A stretch of DNA of 64,000 bases from Antedon mediterranea (taxonomy: Eukaryota > Animalia > Echinodermata): contig NC_092670.1 in NCBI RefSeq assembly GCF_964355755.1, positions 37,498,388 to 37,562,387 of the forward strand. Direction: 5' to 3'. Of this stretch, positions 1 to 14,147 are shown piece after piece. Below the pieces are notes generated by a model. It made no database searches and was not told where the DNA came from. It saw only the letters and a list, made by a program, of their open reading frames with translations. Position numbers and translations under genes: made by a program. How positions within the stretch are numbered: the stretch's first letter is position 1; the number at the start of each line of letters is the position of its first letter.

Positions 1-3000
1 TTCTACAAAAACGTCTAATTTAGAACTTTGCATTAGTTCAAATTGAAGTGAGTAAAAGGCAAACTTTAGAACGACATCTTGACCTGTTTAAGTAGAATAC
101 ATGAATTTGAAATTTAGACTTTGCTTTCTGTAAAAGGTTTATTGCAAATAGCCTGCACAACGCATGGTGGGATAGATTTGGAAACAAACGATTTGTTGTT
201 TGGACGTACACATAGTGACGTTTGCTTTCAAACCCTTCCCATCGTGCATTGTGCAATGATGTTCGTTCGAAATCAAACTATTTGTGATAAACCTTAACCT
301 CGGCATTTGTTATTAATTAGTAGATGGTGGTAATAATTGTCACAAGCAAGTTGTGCTTTAAAGCAACACAATGTGGTGGTACTGTACACTTTATATTTAT
401 GATGAGGGTACGGTATATTATTACTAATATGCCAGGTCGGCCTGAATCATCAAGTTTAGGATAATGCTAAGATCATTTCCTTCCCAATATTACTAATCCA
501 ACCGAATTTACTTTCTATACTACTTGAGTTTTGTGTTTTTTTTTTTAACTCTAAAAAACTTTATTTCAAGTCATTCTTTCTATTTCAATTTGTGAATAAA
601 TAGATTTCTTTTGGTTGTACAATCGCCAAGAAATTAATTACATAAGTTTAAAGGAAGTACAGGCTTAAATCATCAATCATGTTCACTTTAGAAAGGACTT
701 CCAATTTATTTTTAGAATTTTAATAATAATGAATATAAAATTATTTTATTTATCACATAATAACAAATAATAGTAATTTACTGTATGTATGATTTAAAAA
801 ATGATGAACTGTGGGCTCAAGAAAGAAAATAAGTTTGAGATCCCAGATTTAATTAATAAAATCTATATAATTTTCTTTTATTTATAGTAAAACTATTACT
901 GCATTAACAATAACTGATTTTAACTGTATCAAATACGGTACAGTAGTTCTACCACACAACTAATTACAGTTAGCTACATGTAGAATATATTTAGAACCTT
1001 ATTGAATACTGTATTCTGGTATCCTACTGGAAAGTGACATATACAGTATTCCTGATTTAGGTTCATCAAAAGTCATTCAAGTATACAAGTTTGTTTACTA
1101 AAATGATCAGTACATAGACCACCACTTGTAGCCTAAGGTACTTTGACAGTGGTAAGATTCCCAGGTAGATAATAATCATATCTGCAAAAGATTTCAGTCT
1201 CCACCAAAACAGAAAACTTTGACCCAAGGTACTAAAGGCTTCCTGATATTTGTAAAAAAAAGTGATGTAGGCCTATTAATGGTACTGTGAGTTTTATATA
1301 CTTGGTACAATTGTGTAAGTTTGTTTTTAATTAAATTTTCTTTTCAACATTCTTCTTTGGTTGTATCCTTGATACTAGTAACTGTACAATAGTACTGAAA
1401 ACACTTTTAAATGCATTGTAAAATATTAAAAACATGCTATAGTTCTTAAGTTGATATTTTTCTGTTTAATTAAAAAGTCTTTTCACCATTCCTCAGGTTG
1501 AAATCTGGGTTAATGTTTTTAACAATCAACAACTTTTAAAAGCATAATAAAACCATGTGTTTAACTTACTGCACATGTTTTCTTTTGTTACTGTCAAATA
1601 TTTTATGATGATGTCATCGTTGGAATTTACGAGGAAACGCTATTGTTATTTCTTTTTAATCTATTGAACTTTTTGTGTAGAAAGAGTTTAGTTAATGATT
1701 AAAGCGATCCCATACACAGTACGCCTGCCAATAACCACAGACATGTGTCTATAATCGTAAAGTATTAGTTATTGAAATGGGTCATAAGACCTGTAATTGC
1801 CACACTGTATTTTATATAGCCTATTTGATATTATCCAGTCGGTTAGTGGACCATTACGGTAACTCACAAACTGGGAAGATGGGCGTCTAATAGCAGACGA
1901 ACGTCCCTCAATCAATTCAAAATAAAAGAATTGACAAGGACTCCAGGTGCCAAGTGTTGTTAAAACTTGAACGTGGTGACAATAGGAACTAACAGGTTGC
2001 GTGTGTAGAAACGGCAAGTGTGTGAAGAAAAAAAATACCATTCTAAACAATTTGCCAACTTGACTTTTACAATTAATTACCAAACTCTTTATTAACTGTG
2101 CACTATTTCAACCACCAGACAGTTACAATTTTAAACAAGTTTTACATAATTCTTTATCTTATCAAATTTTTTTTCACCAACAAAAAAGAATAATATTAAG
2201 AATAAACAAAAATTAAAAACATTGGATTGAGGTTAAATTTAAATTCAGAGTAAAAAAATTAATTTTAAAGATTTTTTTCTAAATGTTCATACACTGTTTT
2301 TTAACATCTTGCCACCCTCTCTAAGGTTGTTGGCACCCATCCAAGTGGTTTTTTTCAGTACACCAGCAACCCTGGACAAATGCATCACACATTTCTATTT
2401 ATAATGTTATCACCTGAGGTCCACCATTAACATTTTTTTTTTGTAGTAAACAAAATTAAAAAATTGTAAGTAGGGATTATAGTGCATTAAACACCATGAG
2501 AGTGGCAACGTCAGTTGCATTAAACAAATTATATTAAAAAAATTTCTAATCAGTTCCATAGCAAGTGTAGTTTATGTCATTATTTTTAATATAGAAAAGC
2601 CGAAATCATTGTTTTATTGTTTCATGTTTTATATACAATTTTTGAAGATTATGATTAATCAAATGGAGAAAAAATGTGATGTGTCCAAATATAGACATGA
2701 TGACGTCATATCAGTGCTTGCCAAAATTGCTTCTACCCGTACGGAACCTTTTCAATTACTTATTACAATGATTGCAATTGAAAATTAATTATATATCAAT
2801 CAAAAAGTACATTTTTGTGTTATTTTTAAACCATTAATAATACATCAAATAACACAATTTTTTCAAATCTGTACTACACATCAAGAACTTACTTTTTTTT
2901 ATCAAATCTATAACTACCAGTAAATAAAATAAATTTATTATCCTAATGTCTCCATTCTGTTTCATTGCCACAGATCGTGACATCATTTTTTGTCAATAAA

Positions 3001-4568
3001 GTTTTGTAGTTTTAGTGATTCTATGTCAGCAACAATATAGAATAAACTACCAACACTCTTATTCTTTTATAGTATTATTTTATGTCACGTTTGTTTTATA
3101 AACAAAAGGAAAATCATTATTAGTAACTTTGTGAAGAAGATGATTAAATTCAACATAAACATGTTAATTTGGGGTAATGTTTAAATGACCTAAGGCACCA
3201 TTGAACTTGAACTATTTAAATGCTTGTTCTTATTGTCATTGTTTAGTACGGTTTAGCCTAGATTAAAACCATGGCTTAGAGCTATTGTTATGGACAATGG
3301 TCAATAAGATTCATTTATCGTGAAAAGATTATACTGACATCCAATCTCCTTTTAAGCACAGACCAGGACTTGTAGATCGAAGCTTATACAGAATGAGATT
3401 GTAGGTACAGTAGGTTCATTTTGGAAATCTAACTTAAACTGCATACAGTATAAATTTCCATATACAATTTTCCATAAAAAATGTTCTTCATAATACATTG
3501 TCATCACAAAATCGAAAGGCTAGCTGGACCTACTAGGTCTAGGATATATCATCCTAGGTCATTGTCAAAAGCTTCCAAATTACCAGGGTTGCCCATAACA
3601 GATGTGTCCCAATGTATACACACATTGCAAGTCAGAAATTAACTATAAATTAAATTAAAATTGTTAACCGTTCAGTTGTGTTTCTTTTTATTGTAATCTT
3701 TCTGGATCAGTGTTAATCCTTGGTTTTCAGCTTCCAGACTCCATACAGGAAGAATACTATATAAATTGGAATCCCTATGGAAGCTACTTGATGCAGTAGA
3801 CACCGTGGCATATTCCTTAATTCTATCAATTTTACTACATACCAGGGTTTAGGGTCAGACCACACATCTTGCGCATTGATTCTGATATTGAAGACTTATC
3901 ATGTGCACAACAAATTAACATTTGGGCTACATTTCTATCCTAACAAACTATTCATAACTTTCTATGATTTAAAAGTAAAAAAAATCAGTTCTCGGGTCCA
4001 TTCTATAGTCGCCACAGAATGACTTCTTCATCAGTACTTCTATGAATGGATGCTTAGTTTTAGAACATGAACACATGATCATACCAAGAGTACTGTTTTG
4101 AGTGTACGATCATTTTTAGGAAAGCACCACACAACGCCATGCATATAGTAGATGTGATACTATTTATGTAAAAACTTGAATTTCAATCTTTTTTTTTTAA
4201 TTTATTAAAAGGACTTTCATATTGCATTGCCTTTCCAAGTTTTTAAATTACTTTTTGATTTCATTATGTCGATTCAACAAATCAAATGACTAGCAAATTT
4301 GATATTAAAAATAGGAATGAGAGTAAAATATTAAAGTTGTTGCCAATCCAAAACAGGTCAATGGGTGGTAACCGTGCACCTGTACTAAAGCACTACCAAT
4401 TATTGAAGCCCTTTATTTATTCACCTTTAAAATGTTCACAATTTTGAAAATATGTTGTGCCTACAGTACTGTAGGTACCGTAACCTGATAAAAAAAAAGT
4501 TGGCCTACTTCTGTCTTAAACAGCAACTTTCAATTCAGTGATTAATATCATCTTAATCTCAAATCTAA

Positions 4569-4697
4569 AGCTCTGTCTACACTAATAAACTAGTTTGACA
4601 AAAAAAAAAGGTGATATACCCATATATGGACATGATGATGTCATATCACTACCATATTTGGGCACATTACATAAAGTTCGATAGTATAGACAGAGTT
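4569..4697. mobile_element. MITE family A copy (PIF/Harbinger-like, 100-200 bp)
   Basis: TIR AGCTCTGTCTACACTATCAAAC, TAA/TTA flanks, internal ATATCACTACCATATTTGGGC units. Confidence 0.8.
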
Positions 4698-5197
4698 TTA
4701 CTGACAATCTTATTGTTTGCTTCTATGGAAACGATAGTTTATACATGATTTTAAAAGGTAAACAAGTTATCCAAGAGTTTAAAGAACTTGTTTATTTACT
4801 TCAAGAGCAGTTTGTATTGTTACCCAGATATCGTATAAAAGGCGTTCATCGAATTGAGTGGATCACTGTGTCACAACACACTACACACAATGAATAGCAA
4901 CATACCAACCATTGTGTTGAAATATTTCAACAGTCTATTTTTTGCATAATCAAAATATACATGGTGATGTTGATACTCTTCTAATACCATTCTAACAGAC
5001 GATTTGGCGCTTCTTTGTAGGTTTTCATTTTTAAATAGAATTGGAATGCAATTATTAGCTTTTTGATCAGACTTACTTAACACACTATAATCAGATAATT
5101 TGCAGATCTTCCCCAACAATATCTGCAAACATAAAGTGTTCCTTTTTCTGATATTTCTATTATAGTTTTACTTCAGTTTCTGCAGCAATGGTCCTAA

Positions 5198-5312
5198 AGC
5201 TCTGTATACGCTATTAAACTTTAGTGACAAAAAAAATGTGATGTGCCCATATATGGAGATGATGATGTCATATCACTACCATATTTAAGCATATCAGTAC
5301 CATATTTGGACA
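5198..5312. mobile_element. MITE family A copy, truncated
   Basis: Left TIR plus the shared core. Confidence 0.7.
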
Positions 5313-8300
5313 TTAAGAACTTAAGTTTAATTTAACTTTAATTCTTAATGTATAGTTATATAGTATATACAGTACAGTAATTAGACTTGTAGGTTGACCA
5401 TCCGGCTTTCCTTGTGGTTGTCAACAAGACTGAATCATACACTAGGGTTTTGGCAACAGGCCTAAAAACCTCCAATACCAGCAAACTTTAATATTTGTTA
5501 TTTTTCAGACTGTTTCTTTCTAAAAATAGGTTGTGGTTACTATTGACCACAGACCTGGAAGCCTAACCTAACACAAGTACTAATTTGAATCATCCAAAGT
5601 GTAAAAAAAATGTTTATTTTGTTACTTTTCTTGTAAATTTATCCAACTTTTCTGTCGAATTCCTTACAGACAATCATTTCTAAAATTGGGTTTGCTAAGT
5701 GTTGCCGGAGGATGAAGTGTTTGGTTGAGTACCTGCTGAGTTGATAGGATAGCAACGAGTGTGCTCTAGGCTTCTTGCATTCTTCTCTTCTATTACCCAA
5801 TCTTGTTATTGATTGATTTTTATATTATTTCCCTGACAGGATGGAATTAAAGGAGAATTATTAGATAGATTATTGTAGTAGCAGTAGTGATACAGTATTA
5901 TATTTTTGATATAACATTTTAAGCAAACAAAATTGATACCTCAAAACAGATGAACAATTATTACATGCATACATACATAGAATAACTTCTTAATTTGAAA
6001 CTAGCTTTATTATTATTATTTTTTCATTCCTTGACAATTCCTTTTTTTGTATTATCCTTCAGGAAGTGGACATTATGCTATCAGGAAATGACAATAGGAA
6101 CATTTTTGGGGAATATTTTATGTAATACAATTGCCTTTTCAGAACCAAGATCAATGCTTGAAAACCAGTAACGTTCCAACCCCAAAAGCCACACTACACA
6201 AATACTAATGTTATACTGTAAATTGTTTTCATGCTGAACATCTAGCATACAGTACATTTGATTTTGTTTTTTATTTCAGAACATTTATTTCTCTTTTCTT
6301 TTCTATTAACATTGTTTGTAAAAAAAACCAATTTTAAATAAGAGAGGCGAACCCCAGAAAGTGTAAACTTGTGGTGGGCTGCCAAAAAATAAAAAATATC
6401 AAAAAATCATAAAAAACCAAAGTAAACAAAAATAACCGATTGAAAATATCAATGAAATTTGAATTAATATTATTTAGGATTCAGTGATTATATGTGGATA
6501 ATAGATTCCATTTTTACCATGTTGACAATCAGATACTTACAGTATTGTCCATTAATACAATTTTTCTTAACTTTAAAAAATTGCACTTTAACATTAGATA
6601 TTTATTGTCTATTATTAATAATTTCTTCTGTTTTTTTTTATGAGTGTTTCTCAGGTTTTTCGATACTCAAGAATAAATTGCTACTGTAGCGTTTGAAAAC
6701 CCCTCCACATGTCACAAGTGTTTCCAGTTTTGGAAAAATTGAAATACTATGAATGCTCTTCTAGTTATCTAATTATTGTAAGAACATCATTGCCATCTTA
6801 TCAATAATTCTTTCAGAGCTTATTCCATCTGTCATCCTATACCACTTTCTGGATTAACCTTTAGTTATCTGAAGCTTAAAAGATTATCTAGAAATTCCGC
6901 AGGGAACTATTGTATTTTTAAAAAAGATTATCATTAATGCTATGCATTTTTACCAGCAACTCATAAAATGTCTAGGGATAGTTTTTTAGTTCCAATCGGG
7001 TCACATAAAAAAGGAGATTTAAATTTTGTTACAATAAAGTAGTATTAATACTTCCTTGAAATTATGTTTCAATATTTTTGAATTAAGTGGCCTACAGTTT
7101 TGCATTACAAGAAAATGTCCAACCAAGATTTACATTACTATATTCTCGTATTTTAACTGTAAAAAAAAAATTATGTTGCATGAGGGATTTTGTAGAATGT
7201 TTAGGAAATGTTGCATACAAATTAGCACTGTACTTCCGTTTGAATGACCACTTCTGTAATAACACTCATAATTGCACTTGCATTGAAGCGCAGTTGTTTG
7301 CCTCTATCCCATGTGACTCATTTTGTTCACATGTGAAGCGTTTTGGCCAATTCTGTGAAAAGAAACATAGTTGTGGCCATTTCTTAATACAGTCTCTGTC
7401 TTTAGTGAATATTTAGAAATTCTGAATTCAAAATGATTAGACAAGTCTATAGATGGGTATGTACATTTTGCAAAGACTTTTTTCAAGTGCCCTTATACTG
7501 TAATCTGTATACCAAGTGCAGAATGTTAGTTTAGTCTATTTCGTGCTTAGCTTACCTGGATAAACTAACATTGACCAATAAGCCACAGATCATGAACATG
7601 ATCAGACCAGTCTTTCTGTACCTAGCAGGCAATTCTCATCTACTGTAGGCCTAAAACAATCTTCTTAAAACAGATATTAATCTTAATGTACACTCATACC
7701 TTTGCACGTTTTTTGGAGAAAGGGAACCCCTTTGCTACCCCTGTAACAATCCATGCTATGGGCTTGAACAGGTAGGCATAATGTTCACATAATACACACC
7801 ACAACCACACATTCATTGAAGCATAGCTGTAAACATCATTACTCTTGCCTCCTCAGTGAATTTACCAGTTTTTGTAGGTCCCACTGCAGGTTACCCCTGG
7901 GACAACCATAACTATTTTATTATTCCATAAATGTCTACCTGAATATAACTTTTTTTTAAAATAGAGGTGTATACAATAATGAAATATGCGCAATTAAGAC
8001 AATAGTTTTCCTAGAATCTAACCTTTAAAACTAGGGGTACTCACTGTAATCAATCTTCCCTATTTTGTTACCAGTAGAGTTTTTCTGTGATTTTTTTAAT
8101 GTTGTTTGTACAATATTGCAAGTGTCAAAGGGCTTAAAAAAAGAACTATAATAAAAATAATTTATTGGAGGAAGTTAAAAAAAACTTTATTAATATTAAG
8201 ATAGAAATGTCTTCTAGTTCTGTGATGTGGAAGATTAGAAGTACAATATAAACAGGTGCAAACTCTTTGCACTTTGTGAACATTGCTGCCTTGAAAGGTG

Positions 8301-8967
8301 ACTGCAAAGTACCTCATATCGTGTGAGCTTATGTAACTCCTAACTTTTTATTAATTTGTTACTTTAAATTGAAGCCAACACTTCAAAAACTCGGGAATCT
8401 GACTATTTTATTTTTTTTTTTAAATTAGTGTTATAAATGGTGTGCTGTTAGTTAGTGGACATGAAAGTCAGTCAAAAATCACTTTCCCTTTTAAAATCAG
8501 ATTATTTATCTCTTTGGACGCAAACATTCCTATGACATTAGGATAGGATGATAGGAAGCAATTATCAATAAAACAATAGTTGATCGATATGTGATTGTTC
8601 GGATTAGCAAACTACCCATTGATTTCCAGACAGATCTTTTGTTGATGTCGTCGCAATTGATTCACCTAGACCGCATTCCACTCGTGATTATCTCGAGTTA
8701 GCAAGCTGGGAGGAATGTTGATAGTCTGACCTTCTTCCAACTTTGCACAGGATGGCTAATTTAGTTAAGGACTTTAGTTAATTAAGACTCGCTGTTGAAA
8801 ATAATGGTGGAATCTTCAGTCCAATTATTTTCTGGAATTTCCAACGCCGGATACGTGAGAGTGGTAAAGAGATCTTGATGATTGAGATGTTATTCAAACT
8901 GACTGAATTCTGTGATGTCATTCTACACAACCACCTGTGCATAGCAACTGAAATTGAAATCCAACAT

Positions 8968-9020
8968 GTTGCCTGGCAACCACATGTGTTTAGTATCGAA
9001 TGTATTAGTTGCTAGGCAAC
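8968..9020. promoter_or_regulatory. Pair of RFX X-box palindromes
   Basis: GTTGCCTGGCAAC at 8968-8980 and GTTGCTAGGCAAC at 9008-9020. Confidence 0.5.
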
Positions 9021-9554
9021 ACAACATGAATGCCAAGTGATCGAACATTTCATTACATTAATTCAAAATAATACATACCGTACTCTATGTACAAATTATG
9101 TAACACATGATTCTCTGTTGAGATAATCAATGTTTTTTTTAACTTTCCTACAGTTTTTGTTTTTTATATAATAAACAAAAACTATAAATCTCTTGGCGGA
9201 GTGGGAAGAAAGCATAATTAGTATTCTATTTGCAATTAATGTATAAAATATGTAAACTCCAAATTTCGAAAAGCGAGTACAACATCCAACATGAATAGCT
9301 TAGAATAAGAAGAAAGTATTGATGATTGTTCTAAACGTCAATTGAATATTTCTGTTGCAGGTACACTTAACTATAACTGTAGTGCCTCTGACAGACTAGA
9401 ACCAAGTATTTAAACTTACACGGATGTAGCTTTATACAGCTGAACCAGTATGTACTAACAGTAATTATCCGTACCTTGTCCATGTAACAGTAACTAATGA
9501 TTACTGTCATACAATGTTAAACCAAAATATTGGTGTCATTATATTTGGTATATT
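9000..9554 (+). repeat. ~550-bp direct duplication, copy 1
   Basis: Nearly identical to 11393-11942. Confidence 0.95.
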
Positions 9555-10880
9555 GGCGATAATTGTTCCCACGATTTTCAGTAAATTTTGTTACTAAATA
9601 TGGTATTATTATTTATATCATCATCATCATCCGTTATGCTATTCGTCTTGGGTATTATTTATAGTTCACAAGTAAATTATTTTAAAACTTAATGATGATA
9701 TTATATCTCTTGTCTACCGACGTGGATCAGATCTTAATTTATGAAAGTTCACTGTGTTTTGAACTCAATTACATTGAATCGTATCATGTAGCAAACTAAG
9801 TTACTTCTGTTTAGAATGCAGCGTGGCTAAACGAAGATTATTCCACTGGAATGGCCAGTCACATGGATGTAGCTAACTGTATTTTTAATAGGATATATGA
9901 TAGCAAATGAATGTTCTTGTACTAGCAGTTGTTTGAATGGTGTGATACTGACCTACATATTATAAAAATGAAAATGTTTAAATAAAAAAAAAAAATGTAT
10001 TCTATTGCAAACTAAAGCCACATCCCCTTGGCATTATCAATCTTTTTTCTTTTTGCTTAAGTCAAAATAGTGAAGAGAGTGCTAAAGTGGAAACTTTTTT
10101 TTTTTATCAAACCAGTTTTTTTTTATGGAATGAACTTATTTCATCATTTGATCTAATCATTTATTATAATTTATAAATAAGGTTAAGATTGACTTTTATA
10201 GGTTAAGATGATTATCTATTTTGACTGAAATGAAAAATCAGAGGATTTGTACCCAGATTTCCGGAATTTGAATGCAAACAAATGTAGATTTAGTCTCTGG
10301 TAGTATTGTACATGCTATCTCTCCCGTTTTGGCCACACTACGCTCTCCTCGTCTCCTGATCTTGATGATAAATAGAGGGCGGTGTTCATATAAAAAAAGT
10401 CACCTCAAACCACATCACCTCCCGTTTTTTGAACTTCAGATTTTGGTATGTATAATTACTACCATAAGCGTTTGTAACTTTAGACATATCTTGTTTACCG
10501 TATCATAAAGGTAACAAAATGAAGATCCGCATTCCGCGATTTCAAGCTCGCCCCCTTCTTAAAAGAATTGATACCCTATCATATCTCCTTGCATTTGTAA
10601 GTTAATTGACTGAAAGATATATATTGAAGAAATGTAATGGAGCATTTTATCAACCAACTTTCCACTTGTACTTTTGAAACATGACCAGTTTGCATTGGCG
10701 TGGTCAAATTGAAAAGTTTCAATAGGAAACTACTTGTTTGTTGGTTTATAAATAACTACTTGCTGATTTGTTATGTTTATTAAATTATACTACTAAAAAT
10801 AGTAACTAAGTTTATTCAACTGTCACTCGCAGACACCTTTCTTAAAATAATTTCTTCTTTTTTGTTTTAGATATTGTTAA

Positions 10881-11187
10881 AGATGTATTGTCCCCCTGAA
10901 AAAATAATTCTTTTAAACATATTTTGTTGAATATTCCATTTTAATGTAACATAATAGTTATCCACTTTGATCAAAAATTGGATTTTTAAAAAAATGTATT
11001 TGCCTGAAAAAAATGTAATTTAAAGTAAAAAATGGCCAAAATGGCTGCCAGCCAATGGATTTTTGGTTGAATTTAACCATTTATTGTGTAAGTGTAAACA
11101 TTAATTTTATTAAAACTACAAAATAACGTATTCAAAGTCTGATTTAATTAATCTTCAGTTTTCATGTTTTTGGGGAACAATACATCT
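10881..11187. mobile_element. MITE family B (TTAA-flanked, Kolobok-like)
   Basis: TTAA|AGATGTATTGT...ACAATACATCT|TTAA. Relatives at 54729-55036, ~54055-54310, ~57225-57440, ~59395-59690, 63164-63489, ~63875-64000 and 11941-12005. Confidence 0.8.
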
Positions 11188-11392
11188 TTAAACTACTAAA
11201 GACAGAAATAATACATATTCGACTGGTCACTCACAAACACATCTTATTCAATTCAAAAATTTATTTCCACCAAAATCAACATTTATGTACATTTAATAAA
11301 CAAATCAAACAACAAAAGTATCATTTTTTCGTTTGACAACATAGAGACCCTAACAAGTACGTCACTGTCACATCTCCTCATAGACACAATCC

Positions 11393-11942
11393 ATGTATTA
11401 GTTGCTAGGCAACACAACATGAATGTCAAGTGATTGAATATTTCATTACATTAATTCAAAATAATACATACCGTACTCTATGTACAAATTATGTAACACA
11501 TGATTCTCTGTTGAGATAATCAATGTTTTTTTTAACTTTCCTACAGTTTTTGTTTTTTATATAATAAACAAAAACTATAAATCTCTTGGCGGAGTGGGAA
11601 GAAAGCATAATTAGTATTCTATTTGCAATTAATGTATAAAATATGTAAACTCCAAATTTCGAAAAGCGAGTACAACATCCAACATGAATAGCTTAGAATA
11701 AGAAGAAAGTATTGATGATTGTTCTCAACGTCAATTGAATATTTCTGTTGTAGGTACACTTAACTATAACTGTAGTGCCTTTGGCAGACTAGAACCAAGT
11801 ATTTAAACTTACACGGATGTAGGTTTATACAGCTGAACCAGTATGTACTAACAGTAATTATCCTTGTCCACGTAACAGTAACTAATGATTACTGTCATAC
11901 AATGTTAAACCAAAATATTGTTGTCATTATATTTGGTATATT
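11393..11942 (+). repeat. ~550-bp direct duplication, copy 2
   Basis: Nearly identical to 9000-9554; includes the X-box at 11401-11413. Confidence 0.95.
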
Positions 11943-14147
11943 AAAGTAAAAATGGCCAAAATGGCTGCCAGCAAATGGATTTTTGGTTGAATTTAACCAT
12001 TTATTTTGTCTATTCAATCCATTCAAAAAAGAATTACATTAAGTACACATAGACAAATGATTTTGCATGTTTAATTAACAAACATTTCCTTTTTCTACAT
12101 TCTATACTACTTTTTCATATTCTATCATATTATATACCTATGTTATATTTTCGATCTTCTACTACTATGTACGATACACTTATAAACATACACTATTGTA
12201 CAACTCTGCATCGCGCACATCGTACGCACGCATTTCATTCTATTACGCACACGCACTAATATCGAACATAGAGTATTTTAAACTAAAACCATACAACAAC
12301 AAGACATCCACCGGTTCAGTTCAAAACCATTTTAAGGTAAATTTTTTATTAATTATTTTCTATCCACTCTACCATTTTCATATAAAGATACCATGGAACC
12401 ACGTCAGGTCAAGTTCAATATTGAATATCGAAACGTGGCAGGCTATAGGCGCTTGACCTTTGACAAGATCGCCTAAAATTTATAATTTAAATCTACGATA
12501 CTTAGTATTGTATATTCAGGAATAGCCGCTCCATAGTCTCTTAGCTTTTCTTCCTTATATCTTATTCTGATTAACTCAAAATTATTTTTACTAACAAACA
12601 TTACTATTTGTATGCCTAGTGTGTAAACATTATTGACATAATTTCATAAACATCTTCATGTCGTACAACTACTCGTAACATTTTTTCTCAACTTTCTATC
12701 ATCTAAAGTCGTAGTTAGTCATGCCTCGGGTCACATTCTATGGTCTCCGTACAGGTAGGCTACTACATCAGTACTTCTATGAATGGATGACTAGCCGGTG
12801 ACAATAACGCTAGTTGGTCATACACAGTACCGTTTTTGATTTTACGATCATTCGGGAAACCACCTCACGACGACAAAATGATTTTGCATGTTCAATGGAC
12901 ACTATAGAACAATTCAACACAAGAACAATTATAAGATCAAAACATCCCTTTAATATAAATTAAAATTAAATCTCTTAATACAGGTATACAGGTATGTTGT
13001 ATAATTTATGATGTAATATATGATATGTATGATTTGTATAGAGTATACCGCTACATAGCTAAAAGAAACAAATTATTCTGATTATAATTAATTCCTGAAT
13101 AAGTACAGACTAAATGCAGTTGGCATTTAAGATTCCATGAATGTAGATGCGGAGAAATAAGCTTAAAGACATACAGATTAGATTTCGTATTGATTTCTTT
13201 TATTTGAGTTACCTGCAGTCGTGTCTGGAAAGAATTAATGTACAGAGATCACATAGGTCCACTGGTTATTTTAATTAGACCGTATTATGCATACAATAAG
13301 ATGAGCTTGCTGTATACTGTATATGTTTTGTTTGTCTGTATATTATTTTTACACATTTGAAACGATAGGATGAGGAAAATCTTTATTGTCTCAAATTAAT
13401 TAATTATTATTCAGTATATCACTGCCTGCCTGTTGATTTCTACACAAATATATCACTTATAATTGCAGATTATGTTTACAATTATACACATTTATTTATA
13501 TCATTATAGATCTTATAGCATAAATTGTTTATCATTTTTAACAATATCATATATCAATTACGTTACTAGCATTCGTAGTCTATTTTGCGCCTAGCTTACC
13601 TGGATAAATCAACATCATTCCTTTTCTCTGCCAAGTGAGAGAAGAATAATACAAAATTAGAATTTAACGGCCCTACCTGAAAGTGAGACAGTCCACAACC
13701 ATACCTTCTCTAGTAGAAACATCCCACATCTAAAGAAAGAAAAATCTTTCTAAACATGAAATTTTTACAAGCTTTTTGATTGCGAAATTGCGTCTCGGAG
13801 TATACAAAAGGCAAGAATATAGAGACGTCACTTAACAGATGGTATTACCTCAATTACCTTGAGAAAATAATAAACTGCAACAATTAAATTGATATTTTTG
13901 TATTTCTAATGTTATATTTCATTCTTTTTACAGTATTACAGTTACACTACAGAAATATTTACTGTTATCATGTTCTTTTAATGTACAGTGAAGTAGATTT
14001 TAATAATTCTTATTTTTATATAATTTTATTAGCTTTTCTTCCTTTATTATAATTTTTATCTAAAAATAATTCCAATTTTCATATTCTCATAAATTTTTAG
14101 CTACTGTATGTACATTACTTATTAAACTTTTTTTTATATATTTCCAG

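Noticed and set aside
1-14147. Short ORFs and a search for the kinase N-lobe exons
   Set aside because: No GxGxxA, VAxK or HLDLK-type coding segment was found by eye, and the ORFs have AT-rich non-coding composition. A small exon could have been missed.
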